Source of the DNA: Candidatus Latescibacterota bacterium
Lineage (GTDB): Bacteria; Latescibacterota; UBA2968; UBA8231
Reading direction: 5' to 3'
NCBI GenBank assembly: GCA_965203175.1
Contig: OZ241867.1
Coordinates: 4,480,001 to 4,544,000 of the forward strand
DNA length: 64,000 bases
A model generated the notes under the pieces. That model was given only the letters and a program-made list of their open reading frames with translations. It was not told the origin of the DNA and did not search any database. Positions 17,264-26,684 of this stretch are shown one piece after another. Position 1 is the stretch's first letter. Each line of letters opens with the position of its first letter. Position numbers and translations under genes: made by a program.

Positions 17264-19054
17264 ATGGCGAGTACCATTCGCGTTCTCGACGAAAGTCTCA
17301 TTGGAAAAATCGCCGCCGGTGAGGTAGTGGAGCGACCAGCTTCGGTCGTGAAGGAATTGGTCGAAAACTCGATCGATTCGGGTGCCGCTAAAATCCGCGT
17401 GGAAATCAAGGCCGGTGGCAAGCAGTCAATTGTCGTGACCGACGATGGTTCGGGCATGAACAGAGAGGATATCGCTTTGTGCGTGCGCCGGCACGCCACG
17501 AGTAAGATGGCCTCGGTAGCCGATCTGTTCTGCATTCAGACGCTGGGGTTTCGCGGCGAAGCCCTAGCTAGCATTGGTGCGGTAGCCCACTTGGCGATAG
17601 AATCACGTGCGAGGGAAGACGAAGCCGGAACGCGCTTGGTCGTGGAAGGGGGAATAGAGCGGGAGATGCACAGCATTGGCCGAGCGCGCGGCACAGCCAT
17701 TGTAGTAAACAACCTGTTCTTTAATACGCCCGCGCGGCGCAAGTTTCTCCGGTCCGTCGATACGGAAGCTCGCCACGTGGCGCAGACCATAATTCATCTA
17801 GCCGCTGGCTACCCGGCCCTTGGCTTTGAACTAGAGCACCAAGATCGCCAAGTATTGAACTACGCCCCGGCGTCTCGTCGGGAGCGCGCGGCCGAGTTGC
17901 TGGGTGTTCCAGTCGCCAAACTGTTGGATCTCGCTCACGAGGAGGAGGGTCTCAAAATCGAAGGAGTCTTAGCCGGTCCCGAGCACTGCGGCCGGAGCAA
18001 GGGCAAGCAGTATCTCATCGTACAGGGGCGCCCCATCTCTTCGCGACTGATGGCCAGTGCTATACAGCGGTGTTTTGAGGGGCTGCTGCCCGAAGGGCGT
18101 CATCCAGTATTCATGCTCTGGATCGATATGGATCCTAAGAAAATCGACGTCAACGTCCATCCGACGAAGCGGGAGATTCGCTTGGCCAACGAAGGGCAGG
18201 TCATCGCGGCTATTGAGAACAGCGTCCGGCAGAGCTTGCGCCTGCCCGATGTACAATCCTTTGTCTATGCTGCGGCTCCAATGCTGCGGCCGGACAGCAC
18301 TCCTCGCTTCAGCGGGGACAGCAGTACTGCAGGTGGCGAGCCAATACCGGTGCGCGTGGGAGAACCAGCGTCACCGGTATTGCAAAGGATGCCTGCGTCC
18401 GGCGAGCCTGGGGTAGCGGCAACCCGTGATGCCGACGATCAGCTCGCCCTGACCTTCGTCGCTCCAGCCGTCAAACTCGCCGTCGCCGAAAACGCCGCGA
18501 TGTGGCAGGTCCACAACCAGTATATCCTCGTCGAAGTAGCCGATGGCCTACTCTTCGTCGACCAGCAAGCTGCACACGAACGCATCAACTACGATCGGGC
18601 CATGGAGCAAATAGACGGCGTAGCCGGAGAAAGCCAGCAGTTGCTCTTTCCCATACAGCTAGAAATGGGCGCGGCGGATTTCGAGACCCTCAACCAAGTG
18701 CGGGACGATATTGCCAAGCTGGGATTTGTCGTGCGAGATTTTGGCGCGCGGACGGTGTTGGTGGAAGCTGTGCCGGCCGAATTGGATCGCTTTGGCGATG
18801 GCGATGTTTTTTATCAGCTATTGAACGACGTGCGCGATGCCCAGAATTCGGGCCGACCTTGGCGCGAAGCGCTCGTCTTAGCTTACGCGCGCAAAGCTAG
18901 TATCAAGAAAGGCCAGAAACTGAACTCCGAGGAAATGATACACTTAATCAACGAATTGCTAAAGGCCGACTCGCCGCACATAAGCCCAACGGACAAGCCG
19001 ATTATGGCGAGGATGAAATTAAGCGATATGGAGCGTTTATTGCGGAGATTCTAG
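17264..19054 (+). CDS. mutL: DNA mismatch repair protein MutL
   Basis: IAAGEVVERP, KELVENSIDSG, GFRGEALASI, DVNVHPTK, QQLLFP. Confidence 0.97.
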   Translation: MASTIRVLDESLIGKIAAGEVVERPASVVKELVENSIDSGAAKIRVEIKAGGKQSIVVTDDGSGMNREDIALCVRRHATSKMASVADLFCIQTLGFRGEALASIGAVAHLAIESRAREDEAGTRLVVEGGIEREMHSIGRARGTAIVVNNLFFNTPARRKFLRSVDTEARHVAQTIIHLAAGYPALGFELEHQDRQVLNYAPASRRERAAELLGVPVAKLLDLAHEEEGLKIEGVLAGPEHCGRSKGKQYLIVQGRPISSRLMASAIQRCFEGLLPEGRHPVFMLWIDMDPKKIDVNVHPTKREIRLANEGQVIAAIENSVRQSLRLPDVQSFVYAAAPMLRPDSTPRFSGDSSTAGGEPIPVRVGEPASPVLQRMPASGEPGVAATRDADDQLALTFVAPAVKLAVAENAAMWQVHNQYILVEVADGLLFVDQQAAHERINYDRAMEQIDGVAGESQQLLFPIQLEMGAADFETLNQVRDDIAKLGFVVRDFGARTVLVEAVPAELDRFGDGDVFYQLLNDVRDAQNSGRPWREALVLAYARKASIKKGQKLNSEEMIHLINELLKADSPHISPTDKPIMARMKLSDMERLLRRF

Positions 19055-19076
19055 TTTTCTATTTAATCTGGCCATG

Positions 19077-19108
19077 ATACTAACGATAACAGGCATTATC
19101 AATAGTAT
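19077..19108. promoter_or_regulatory. near-palindromic 13-6-13 putative tyrosine recombinase site
   Basis: ATACTAACGATAA-CAGGCA-TTATCAATAGTAT, arms 11/13 inverted, 99 bp upstream of the recombinase. Confidence 0.65.
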
Positions 19109-19207
19109 AAAAACTAGGCGAATCCCTTGTGAAACGCGGCGGCAAAATTCCGCGATGTTCGCTATATTTGGGACATTAGACACCAATTAAGCCCCAGCGA
19201 GCATTTT

Positions 19208-20182
19208 ATGAGTCAGACACTCAATCCGGTCGTCCGCAGGCTAACGCCAACACCAGCGTTGGTAGCGGACGATCCTTTGGAACAATTTCTCAGTGGCCAA
19301 CTCAGCGAGCGCACTCGGCGCGCTTATTACGCCGACCTCCAGCATTTCTTTTTTTCTATCGGCATGGAACTAAATGAAGTATCGCTCACCGTCTTGCAGT
19401 CAATCACCTTTGAGCACGTGGTCGCCTTTAGAAATCAGCTCGCCAGCGAAGGTTATAAGCGCAGCAGCATCAACAGAAAATTGTCCAGCCTGAAGTCGTT
19501 GTTCAAGATGCTGGTCGCCTTAGGTCACATCGAGAAGAATCCCGCTGACTCTACGTTGGTGCGCGGTTATAAAGTGGACGAAACCCTAGCTGGCAAGGCG
19601 CTTTCCAATCAGGTGCTGAACAAGATCCAGCAAGCCATTGCCGAGGAAAAAGACGATTTGGTTCGCACGCGCGATGCAGCCATGTTTCATTTGCTTACAT
19701 TCGGCGGCCTGCGCCGCTCTGAAGTGGCTGGCATCGCTTGGGAGGATATATCCTTGGAGGGCGTCTTTTATATCCTGCATCTCCCCGAGACTAAATCGGG
19801 CGTGGCGCAGGATATAAAACTGCAAAACGTCGTCCTGCATCATCTCGAATTATACAAAGAACAATTACAGGCGGCGGGCTTGCCGACGACTGGCAAGGTC
19901 TTCATCAGCCTGTCGCGCAACCAATCTCGCGGTCAGCCGCTGACTGACCAATCGGTAAATCACGTCGTTAAGAAGTACGCTATGCGCGCTGGCCTCCCCC
20001 AGAACGTCACCGCGCATATGTTCCGCCACACGTGCTGTACTCTGGCGATTGAAGGCGGAGCTAAGCCCCAGCAAGTGCAAGCCCATTTGCGCCACAAGGA
20101 TCTAAAGACGACGATGCGTTACTACGAGAATCGCGAAAAGCTGCTCGATAATGCGTCTGATTACATTAATATTGGTAGTTGA
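19208..20182 (+). CDS. Xer-like tyrosine recombinase
   Basis: SAM-like N-domain (SERTRRAYYADL, SSINRKLSSLKSLF); catalytic R (GLRRSE), K (ETKSG), HMFRH, LRH, TMRYY. Confidence 0.93.
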   Translation: MSQTLNPVVRRLTPTPALVADDPLEQFLSGQLSERTRRAYYADLQHFFFSIGMELNEVSLTVLQSITFEHVVAFRNQLASEGYKRSSINRKLSSLKSLFKMLVALGHIEKNPADSTLVRGYKVDETLAGKALSNQVLNKIQQAIAEEKDDLVRTRDAAMFHLLTFGGLRRSEVAGIAWEDISLEGVFYILHLPETKSGVAQDIKLQNVVLHHLELYKEQLQAAGLPTTGKVFISLSRNQSRGQPLTDQSVNHVVKKYAMRAGLPQNVTAHMFRHTCCTLAIEGGAKPQQVQAHLRHKDLKTTMRYYENREKLLDNASDYINIGS

Positions 20183-20229
20183 TGTTTTTTGTTTTGTAGG
20201 CGGATTTTTTTCTTCGGCTTCTTTCTTTT

Positions 20230-20257
20230 TGTTTACATAAAATATTTTATAAGACTT
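20230..20257 (-). repeat. dif-like site C (right copy of 34-bp inverted repeat 20226-20259)
   Basis: Reverse complement AAGTCTTATAA-AATATT-TTATGTAAACA, identical to site B. Confidence 0.85.
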
Positions 20258-20276
20258 TTAAGGTTTGTATTGATTT

Positions 20277-23162
20277 CTATACCACAATATTGACAATTTT
20301 ATTCGGTACCCATATAAACCGCTTTATCGCCGCTTCATCGGCTACGTATTTCTGAATGCTCTCCATGTCGAGCACCAAGGACTTTATCTCTTCCTCTCCA
20401 GTGCGAACCGGTACTTCGACTTGTCCGCGCATTTTGCCGTTGACCTGAATAGGCACTACGATCATGTCCTCGGCGGCCTTGGCAGCATCCCAGTCAGGCC
20501 AGTTCTGACGACTGAGGTCTCCTCTCCCAAAGCCCGCCATTTCCCATAGCTCCTCGGCAATATGCGGAGCAAAGGGCGCGAGCAGGTTCAAGAAAGGCTT
20601 GGCAACAGCCTGCGGTACTTCGCCTAAGGACACCAACAGGTTATTTAACTCGATCAAGGCGGCAATAGCCGTATTAAACCGCAGCCCCTCTATATCCTCA
20701 GTTACCTTTTGAATGGTTTGGTGCAGCTTTCTTTCTAGCTCCGGTGCCAACGCAGCGCTCTCCCCTATTCTCACACGTCGATCTGAATCGACAAAGTTGC
20801 GCCACACGCGCTGTAAGAAGCGCTGCATCCCGCGAATGCCTTCCATGCTCCACGGCGCACTCGCTTCGAGCGGCCCCATGTACATTTCGTACAACCGCAA
20901 GGTATCCACGCCAAACTCCTCGCCGACTTCTTCGGGCGGTAGCCCGTTTTTGTAGCGTTTACCCATCTTGCCAGAAGAACGGTGCAGCGTCTTCCCTGTC
21001 TCCTTCTCAACAGGCTCCCCGTCGCGGAACTCAACCTCGCGGATGTCGATATACACGCCGCGGTCGTCCTGAAAGGCATCTGCGGTCATCATGCCTTGGT
21101 TAAACAGCTTCTTAAACGGCTCGGGGGTAGATACGTGGCCTAAGTCATAGAGGGCCTTGTGCCAAAACCGAGCGTAGAGCAAGTGCAACACAGCGTGTTC
21201 AGCGCCGCCGATGTAGAGATCGACGGGCATGAAGTAGCCCTCCTTAGCCAAGTCGCAGAAGGCTTCTTCGTTGTGCGGATCAATAAAACGGAGATAGTAC
21301 CAGCAAGAACCGGCCCATTGGGGCATGACGTTGAGTTCGCGCTGGCAGGCTATTCCGTCAATTTCCACCGTCGTCCACTCCGCTCCGGCCCGGTGCAGCG
21401 GCGGCGAAACGGGTTGAGTGGGATCGTCGGAGGTCTCCGGCCTAAAATCTTCTAGGTCCGGCAGCGCCACTGGAGGCCCAACCGCAACAGAATATCCATC
21501 AGGATGCGTAGCCAGTGGAAAGGGTTCGCCCCAATAGCGCTGTCGAGCAAAAGTCCAGTCGCGCAGTTTGTAGTTTACTGCAGCTTGGCCTCGCCCCTCG
21601 GCGACTAGTGCGGCGACGATCTGGGATTTGGCCACGGCCGTCGCCAATCCGTTAATGGCGTATGGATTATCGCCGCCCAGTACTGGAGGCGAGTTGATGG
21701 CGGTTCCCTCCCCGGTATACCACCCTTCGACCTTTCCTTCCCCTCCAGTAACTACCTTCACAATGTCCAAGTTATAGGCGGTGGCAAAGGCGAAATCGCG
21801 CTCGTCGTGAGCCGGCACCGCCATAATGGCCCCCGCGCCGTAATCCATGCTGACGTAGTCGGCGACGAAAATGGGGATTTTTTGTCCATTGACTGGATTG
21901 CGGGCGTAGATGCCGGAGAAAATGCCCGTTTTTTCTTTGGTCTCATCCGCAGTGGAGACAGCAACCTGCGCTATGTACTGGGCTATAGCTTCCCGGATGG
22001 ATCCCCCTCCTCCCTTCCACTGATCCGGCGTCCCGTCGGGCCAAGCACTGGGAACCAAATAGGCTTCCTCGGCCGGGTCCACCAGCGGATGCTGAGGGGC
22101 AAGGGCCATAAAGGTCGCTCCAAAGAGCGTATCGGGGCGGGTTGTGAACACGAGCAACTGCCCGGCGACCGCGTCGCTTTGCGGGTCGAGGACATCAAAG
22201 CACACTTCAGCTCCTTCGCTGCGACCAATCCAGTTGCGCTGCATCCGTTTGATCGGTTCTGGCCAATCGAGCCGGAAGGACGCGCCGTTGCGGTCCTCCA
22301 GTTCAAAGTCCAAGTCCTCTAAGAGCCGCTCGGCGTAGGCTGTTATACGCATCGTCCATTGTCGCAACGGTTTGCGGTATACGGGAAAATCTCCCCGCTC
22401 GCTGCGGCCTTCGTTGGTTACCTCCTCGTTGGCCAACACAGTGCCCAAGCCGGGACACCAGTTGACGACGGCCTCTTGCTGGTACGCCAGCCGGTAGTTG
22501 TTCAGCACGGTTTGACGCTCGGCCGCAGTTAGTGCGGACCAGGCTTTATCAGTGCCAAGAACTTGACGGCCTGCTGCCGACAAAGCCCTGCCCGCCGCAA
22601 ATTGGGCCTCTAAGTCGGCGATGGGCTTAGCCCGTCCCTTTATTTGGCGTCCATTGCCGTCTTCCCAGATCTCGTCTTCGTCGAAATAACTATCGAATAG
22701 CTGGGTGAAAATCCACTGAGTCCAGCGGTAGTACGACGCCCGCGACGTGACCACTTCGCGGGCCCAATCAAACGAGAGTCCAAGAAACTGCAATTGGCTG
22801 CGCATCGCATCGATATTCTGCTCTGTTACAGCCGCTGGATGGATGTTGTGTTCGATCGCGTATTGCTCGGCCGGCAAGCCAAAACTGTCGAACCCCATCG
22901 GATGCAGGACGTTAAATCCCTGCATCCTTTTGTAGCGACTGTAGATGTCGCTGGCGATATACCCCTTGGGATGGCCGATGTGCAGCCCTGCTCCGCTTGG
23001 ATAGGGAAACATATCAAGGATGTAGCACTTTGGTTTGTTGTGGTCGAAACCGCGGTCTCCCGGCCCCAGTGTTTGATAGGTCTTTTCTTGCTCCCAATGG
23101 GACCGCCATTTGGTTTCGATGGCTTGAAAATTGTATTGGCCTTTTTTTGTTTTGATTGACAT
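20277..23162 (-). CDS. leuS: leucine--tRNA ligase
   Basis: DMFPYPSGAGLHIGH, FTTRPDT, GGAEHAVLHLLY, KMGKR, QVNGK. Confidence 0.97.
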   Translation of the reverse strand: MSIKTKKGQYNFQAIETKWRSHWEQEKTYQTLGPGDRGFDHNKPKCYILDMFPYPSGAGLHIGHPKGYIASDIYSRYKRMQGFNVLHPMGFDSFGLPAEQYAIEHNIHPAAVTEQNIDAMRSQLQFLGLSFDWAREVVTSRASYYRWTQWIFTQLFDSYFDEDEIWEDGNGRQIKGRAKPIADLEAQFAAGRALSAAGRQVLGTDKAWSALTAAERQTVLNNYRLAYQQEAVVNWCPGLGTVLANEEVTNEGRSERGDFPVYRKPLRQWTMRITAYAERLLEDLDFELEDRNGASFRLDWPEPIKRMQRNWIGRSEGAEVCFDVLDPQSDAVAGQLLVFTTRPDTLFGATFMALAPQHPLVDPAEEAYLVPSAWPDGTPDQWKGGGGSIREAIAQYIAQVAVSTADETKEKTGIFSGIYARNPVNGQKIPIFVADYVSMDYGAGAIMAVPAHDERDFAFATAYNLDIVKVVTGGEGKVEGWYTGEGTAINSPPVLGGDNPYAINGLATAVAKSQIVAALVAEGRGQAAVNYKLRDWTFARQRYWGEPFPLATHPDGYSVAVGPPVALPDLEDFRPETSDDPTQPVSPPLHRAGAEWTTVEIDGIACQRELNVMPQWAGSCWYYLRFIDPHNEEAFCDLAKEGYFMPVDLYIGGAEHAVLHLLYARFWHKALYDLGHVSTPEPFKKLFNQGMMTADAFQDDRGVYIDIREVEFRDGEPVEKETGKTLHRSSGKMGKRYKNGLPPEEVGEEFGVDTLRLYEMYMGPLEASAPWSMEGIRGMQRFLQRVWRNFVDSDRRVRIGESAALAPELERKLHQTIQKVTEDIEGLRFNTAIAALIELNNLLVSLGEVPQAVAKPFLNLLAPFAPHIAEELWEMAGFGRGDLSRQNWPDWDAAKAAEDMIVVPIQVNGKMRGQVEVPVRTGEEEIKSLVLDMESIQKYVADEAAIKRFIWVPNKIVNIVV

Positions 23163-23181
23163 AATTATCCTTATAAGACAT
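23154..23181 (-). repeat. dif-like site D
   Basis: Reverse complement ATGTCTTATAA-GGATAA-TTATGTCAATC; fills the asnS-leuS gap and overlaps the leuS ATG. Confidence 0.75.
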
Positions 23182-24486
23182 TTATGGATAGAGGCGTTGC
23201 ATCATGCGCGGAAATGGAATGCTCTCGCGCACGTGCTTGACGCCACACAACCAAGCGACCACCCGCTCGATTCCCATGCCAAAGCCAGCGTGTTCAACCG
23301 AGCCGTAGCGCCGCAAGTCGAGATACCAGCTAAAGGCTTCCTCGGGCAACTGGTGCGTGGCAATTTTGTGCTGCAAGACGACAAGATCGTCTTCGCGTTG
23401 CCCGCCCCCAATGATTTCCCCATACCCTTCGGGTGCCAACAGGTCCATACACAGGGCCAAGCGGCGATCTTGGGCATCTTCCTTCATGTAGAATGCTTTG
23501 ACTGCACTGGGATAGCGATGGACAAAAACCGGCACCTCGAACTCAGAGGCAAGGAGGGTTTCGTCGTCCCCACCCAGATCACTCCCCCATTTGATGTCGC
23601 TACCGAGGGCTGTCAAGCGCTCGACGGCTTCATCATAGGTCAGGCGCGGAAAGGGCCGGCTGACCTGTTCCAGCTTGGTAGTATCTCGTTCGAGCAGCTT
23701 TAGCTCTTCGCGGCGGCGGGCGAGCACGCGGTCAAGCACGTACAAGACCATGTCCTCGGCCAAAGCCATGGCACCCTCCAAATCGCAATACGCCATCTCC
23801 GGCTCGATCATCCAGAACTCGGTCAAGTGCCGGCGGGTTTTGGACTTTTCAGCACGGAACGTCGGGCCAAAACAATAGACCTTGCCTAAGGCCATGGCGG
23901 CCGCTTCCATATAGAGCTGACCGCTCTGAGTCAAATAAGCCGTGTCGTCGAAATACGCGGTCTCAAATAGGGTCGAGGTCCCCTCACAGGCTGCGGGCGT
24001 AAAAATCGGTGCATCCACGAGGACAAAGTCGCGCTCTTCCATGAAGTCGCGGCAGGCCTTGCCGATTTCGCTGCGGATCTTGAGAATGGCCCCAGGCCGC
24101 ATGGAACGCAGCCATAAATGGCGGTGGTCGAGGAGAAAGGACACCCCGTGTTCCTTAGGTGTGATGGGATATGGTTCGGCCTCCTGCACGACTTCGAGAT
24201 CGCTGACCCCCACCTCATAGCCAATAGGTGCGCGCTCTTCCCGCCGTACTTGGCCGTGGACTACGAGCGAAGATTCTTGCGGCAAGTGATCGCACCGCTC
24301 GAATAGCTCTGACTCGACATCCCCTTTAAAAACAACGCATTGTACCACGCCGCTACCATCGCGCAGTTGCATAAAATGCAGCTTGCCGCTCGAGCGCTTG
24401 TTGTACAACCAACCGCGCAGCACCACTTCTCGGCCTTCATAGCGGCCGATATCAGCCACCTGAATCGACTCCATTTCCTTATCCAT
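23182..24486 (-). CDS. asnS: asparagine--tRNA ligase
   Basis: [51 protein letters not shown]. Confidence 0.95.
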   Translation of the reverse strand: MDKEMESIQVADIGRYEGREVVLRGWLYNKRSSGKLHFMQLRDGSGVVQCVVFKGDVESELFERCDHLPQESSLVVHGQVRREERAPIGYEVGVSDLEVVQEAEPYPITPKEHGVSFLLDHRHLWLRSMRPGAILKIRSEIGKACRDFMEERDFVLVDAPIFTPAACEGTSTLFETAYFDDTAYLTQSGQLYMEAAAMALGKVYCFGPTFRAEKSKTRRHLTEFWMIEPEMAYCDLEGAMALAEDMVLYVLDRVLARRREELKLLERDTTKLEQVSRPFPRLTYDEAVERLTALGSDIKWGSDLGGDDETLLASEFEVPVFVHRYPSAVKAFYMKEDAQDRRLALCMDLLAPEGYGEIIGGGQREDDLVVLQHKIATHQLPEEAFSWYLDLRRYGSVEHAGFGMGIERVVAWLCGVKHVRESIPFPRMMQRLYP

Positions 24487-24503
24487 ACACCATTATATAA
24501 TAA

Positions 24504-24538
24504 GAAAAGACTATCGAGATAGACTCGATAGCCTTCTC
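24504..24538 (-). terminator. hairpin terminator after pnp
   Basis: Minus strand GAGAAGGCTATCGAG / CTCGATAGTCTTTTC stem. Confidence 0.6.
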
Positions 24539-24561
24539 ATCCTGTGGCTCAAGACCGGCAC

Positions 24562-26631
24562 CTACTTCTTTAGCAGGGCCTTGTGGCTGAGCCGCATCTT
24601 GCCGCCGGTGTCGATTTCAAGGACTTTGACGGCGATCGTGTCCCCTTGACCAACGACGTCTTCGACCTTGTCCACACGCCGATGTGCCAGCTCGGAGATG
24701 TGCAACAAGCCCTCTTTCCCAGGCAGAATCTCGACGAAGGCCCCAAAGGGCATGACCCGCTTGACCACCCCGTCATATTCCTTGCCCACCTCGGCGTCAG
24801 CGGTAATTCCCTTGATCATGCGCCGAGCTTCTTCGGCTGGGCCAGCTTCAACCGAAGCAATGGTAATCGTGCCGTCTTCGTCGACATTGACCGTGGCACC
24901 GGTCTTTTCGATCTCGCGGATGGTCTTGCCGCCTGGGCCGATGACCGCGCCGATTTTGCCCTGATCAATCTTGACAAACTCAATGCGCGGTGCCCAGCGC
25001 GAAAGCTCGGGCCGCGCCTCGTTCAGGCATTCATCCATAATGGCCAAGACTTTGTCGCGCCCCTCCTTGGCGCGGTCTAGGGCTTCCTTGAAAATGTCTA
25101 GCTGCAAGCCCTGGATTTTTATATCCATCTGGATCGCGGTAATCCCGTCCTTGGTGCCAGCGACCTTGAGATCCATGTCGCCGAGAAAATCTTCGGCGTC
25201 GCGGATGTCGGTCAGCAGCTCGTACTCATCCCCTTCCTTGACTAAGCCTACGCCCGTGCCGCACACCGCGGTTTTAACGGGAATTCCGGCGTCCATCAAG
25301 GCGAGGGAGCAGCCACACACCGTGGCCATGGAGCTAGAGCTACTCGACTCGGTAATATCGGATACCAACCGAATTGTGTAGGGAAAGGATTCGACCGATG
25401 GAATGACCGGCTCTAAGGCGCGCTCGGCCAGATGGCCATGGCCGATGTCCCGCCGTCCCGGACCGCGCTCAAAGCGCACTTCGCCGACCGAATAGGGGGG
25501 GAAGTTGTAATCCAAGTAATAGGACTTAAACCGCTTGCCCTGTAGGTCGTCGGCCATTCGCTCGTCGAGCTTGGTGCCCAGCGTCGCCACGCAGAGCGCT
25601 TGCGTCTGCCCGCGGGTAAACAGCGCCGAGCCGTGCGTCCGCGGCAGTACGGTGCTCTCGCAGGTGACGTCGCGCACCGCGTCGAGCGCGCGGCCGTCAA
25701 TGCGCCGCTTCTCCTTGAGGATCAGGGTGCGCATGTCGGCCTTGAGCAGCGCCTCCAGCTCGTCCTTGATCAGCTTTTCAGACTCTGGAAAGCGTTCGGC
25801 TAGGCTCTCCAAGACATCGGCATTAATCGCGTCGATGCGCTCTTGCCGCTCTTCTTTGAGCGGGCTTCTATTGGCCTCGGCGATCCGCTCTTGCGCCAAC
25901 TCGGCAACGGCATGGACCAGTGCAGGATCGACTTGCTCGACCTCGATGGCAATCTTCTCCTTGCCGACTTCGGAGACGAGTTGCTCCTGTAGCTGGACCA
26001 ACTCGGCGATGCACTCGTGGCCAAAGGCCAATGCATCCACCAGATCTTGCTCGGCAATCTCGTGGGCACCCCCTTCGACGCTGACGATGGAATCGGCCGT
26101 GCCGCAGACTATGATTTCGAGATCGGAATCATCTAGCTCGGCAAGGGTCGGATTGGCGACGAACTCGCCGTTGATGCGCCCGACCCGCACGGCTCCCATA
26201 GGGCCAGCAAAGGGAATGTCGGATATACTCAGGGCCGCCGAGGCCCCAATTAAACCCAAGACCTCGGCGTCGTTTTCTCCGTCGTACGAAAGCACCGAAA
26301 CATAGACTTGGATCTCATAAGGGAACTTCTTGGGAAACATCGGCCGAATGGGGTGATCTATTAACCGAGCACTCAGGGTCTCCTTCTCGGAGGGACGCCC
26401 TTCGCGCTTGAAGATGTTGCCTGGTATCTTGCCACCAGCGTAGGCCTTTTCCCGGTAATCTACGATCAAGGGCAAAAAACCTCGGTCCTCCGGGGTGTTG
26501 GTTCGGCAGGCCGTGACCAGCACTACGGTCTCTCCGTATTGCATCCACACGGCCCCATTGGCTTGCTTGGCGATTCTGCCTGTTTCAATCGACAGATTCC
26601 GCCCGCCTATTTCGCGTTCGAGTTTAGTCAT
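24562..26631 (-). CDS. pnp: polyribonucleotide nucleotidyltransferase
   Basis: AGGKIPG, RIDGR, FTRGQTQ, GDMDLKVAGT, KH (IGPGGK) and S1 domains. Confidence 0.97.
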   Translation of the reverse strand: MTKLEREIGGRNLSIETGRIAKQANGAVWMQYGETVVLVTACRTNTPEDRGFLPLIVDYREKAYAGGKIPGNIFKREGRPSEKETLSARLIDHPIRPMFPKKFPYEIQVYVSVLSYDGENDAEVLGLIGASAALSISDIPFAGPMGAVRVGRINGEFVANPTLAELDDSDLEIIVCGTADSIVSVEGGAHEIAEQDLVDALAFGHECIAELVQLQEQLVSEVGKEKIAIEVEQVDPALVHAVAELAQERIAEANRSPLKEERQERIDAINADVLESLAERFPESEKLIKDELEALLKADMRTLILKEKRRIDGRALDAVRDVTCESTVLPRTHGSALFTRGQTQALCVATLGTKLDERMADDLQGKRFKSYYLDYNFPPYSVGEVRFERGPGRRDIGHGHLAERALEPVIPSVESFPYTIRLVSDITESSSSSSMATVCGCSLALMDAGIPVKTAVCGTGVGLVKEGDEYELLTDIRDAEDFLGDMDLKVAGTKDGITAIQMDIKIQGLQLDIFKEALDRAKEGRDKVLAIMDECLNEARPELSRWAPRIEFVKIDQGKIGAVIGPGGKTIREIEKTGATVNVDEDGTITIASVEAGPAEEARRMIKGITADAEVGKEYDGVVKRVMPFGAFVEILPGKEGLLHISELAHRRVDKVEDVVGQGDTIAVKVLEIDTGGKMRLSHKALLKK

Positions 26632-26684
26632 TAGATATATCTTTCGCTCTTTCCTTTGAGGTTTTGAAATTCGCTCAGTACGAG

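Noticed and set aside
19208-20182. Recombinase as a prophage or integron integrase
   Set aside because: No phage genes, attC-like cassettes or obvious IntI-specific insertion; flanked by housekeeping genes
25535-26305. Long antisense ORFs (e.g. 256 aa opposite pnp, 291 aa opposite infB)
   Set aside because: Shadow frames expected in GC-rich coding DNA; no recognisable motifs
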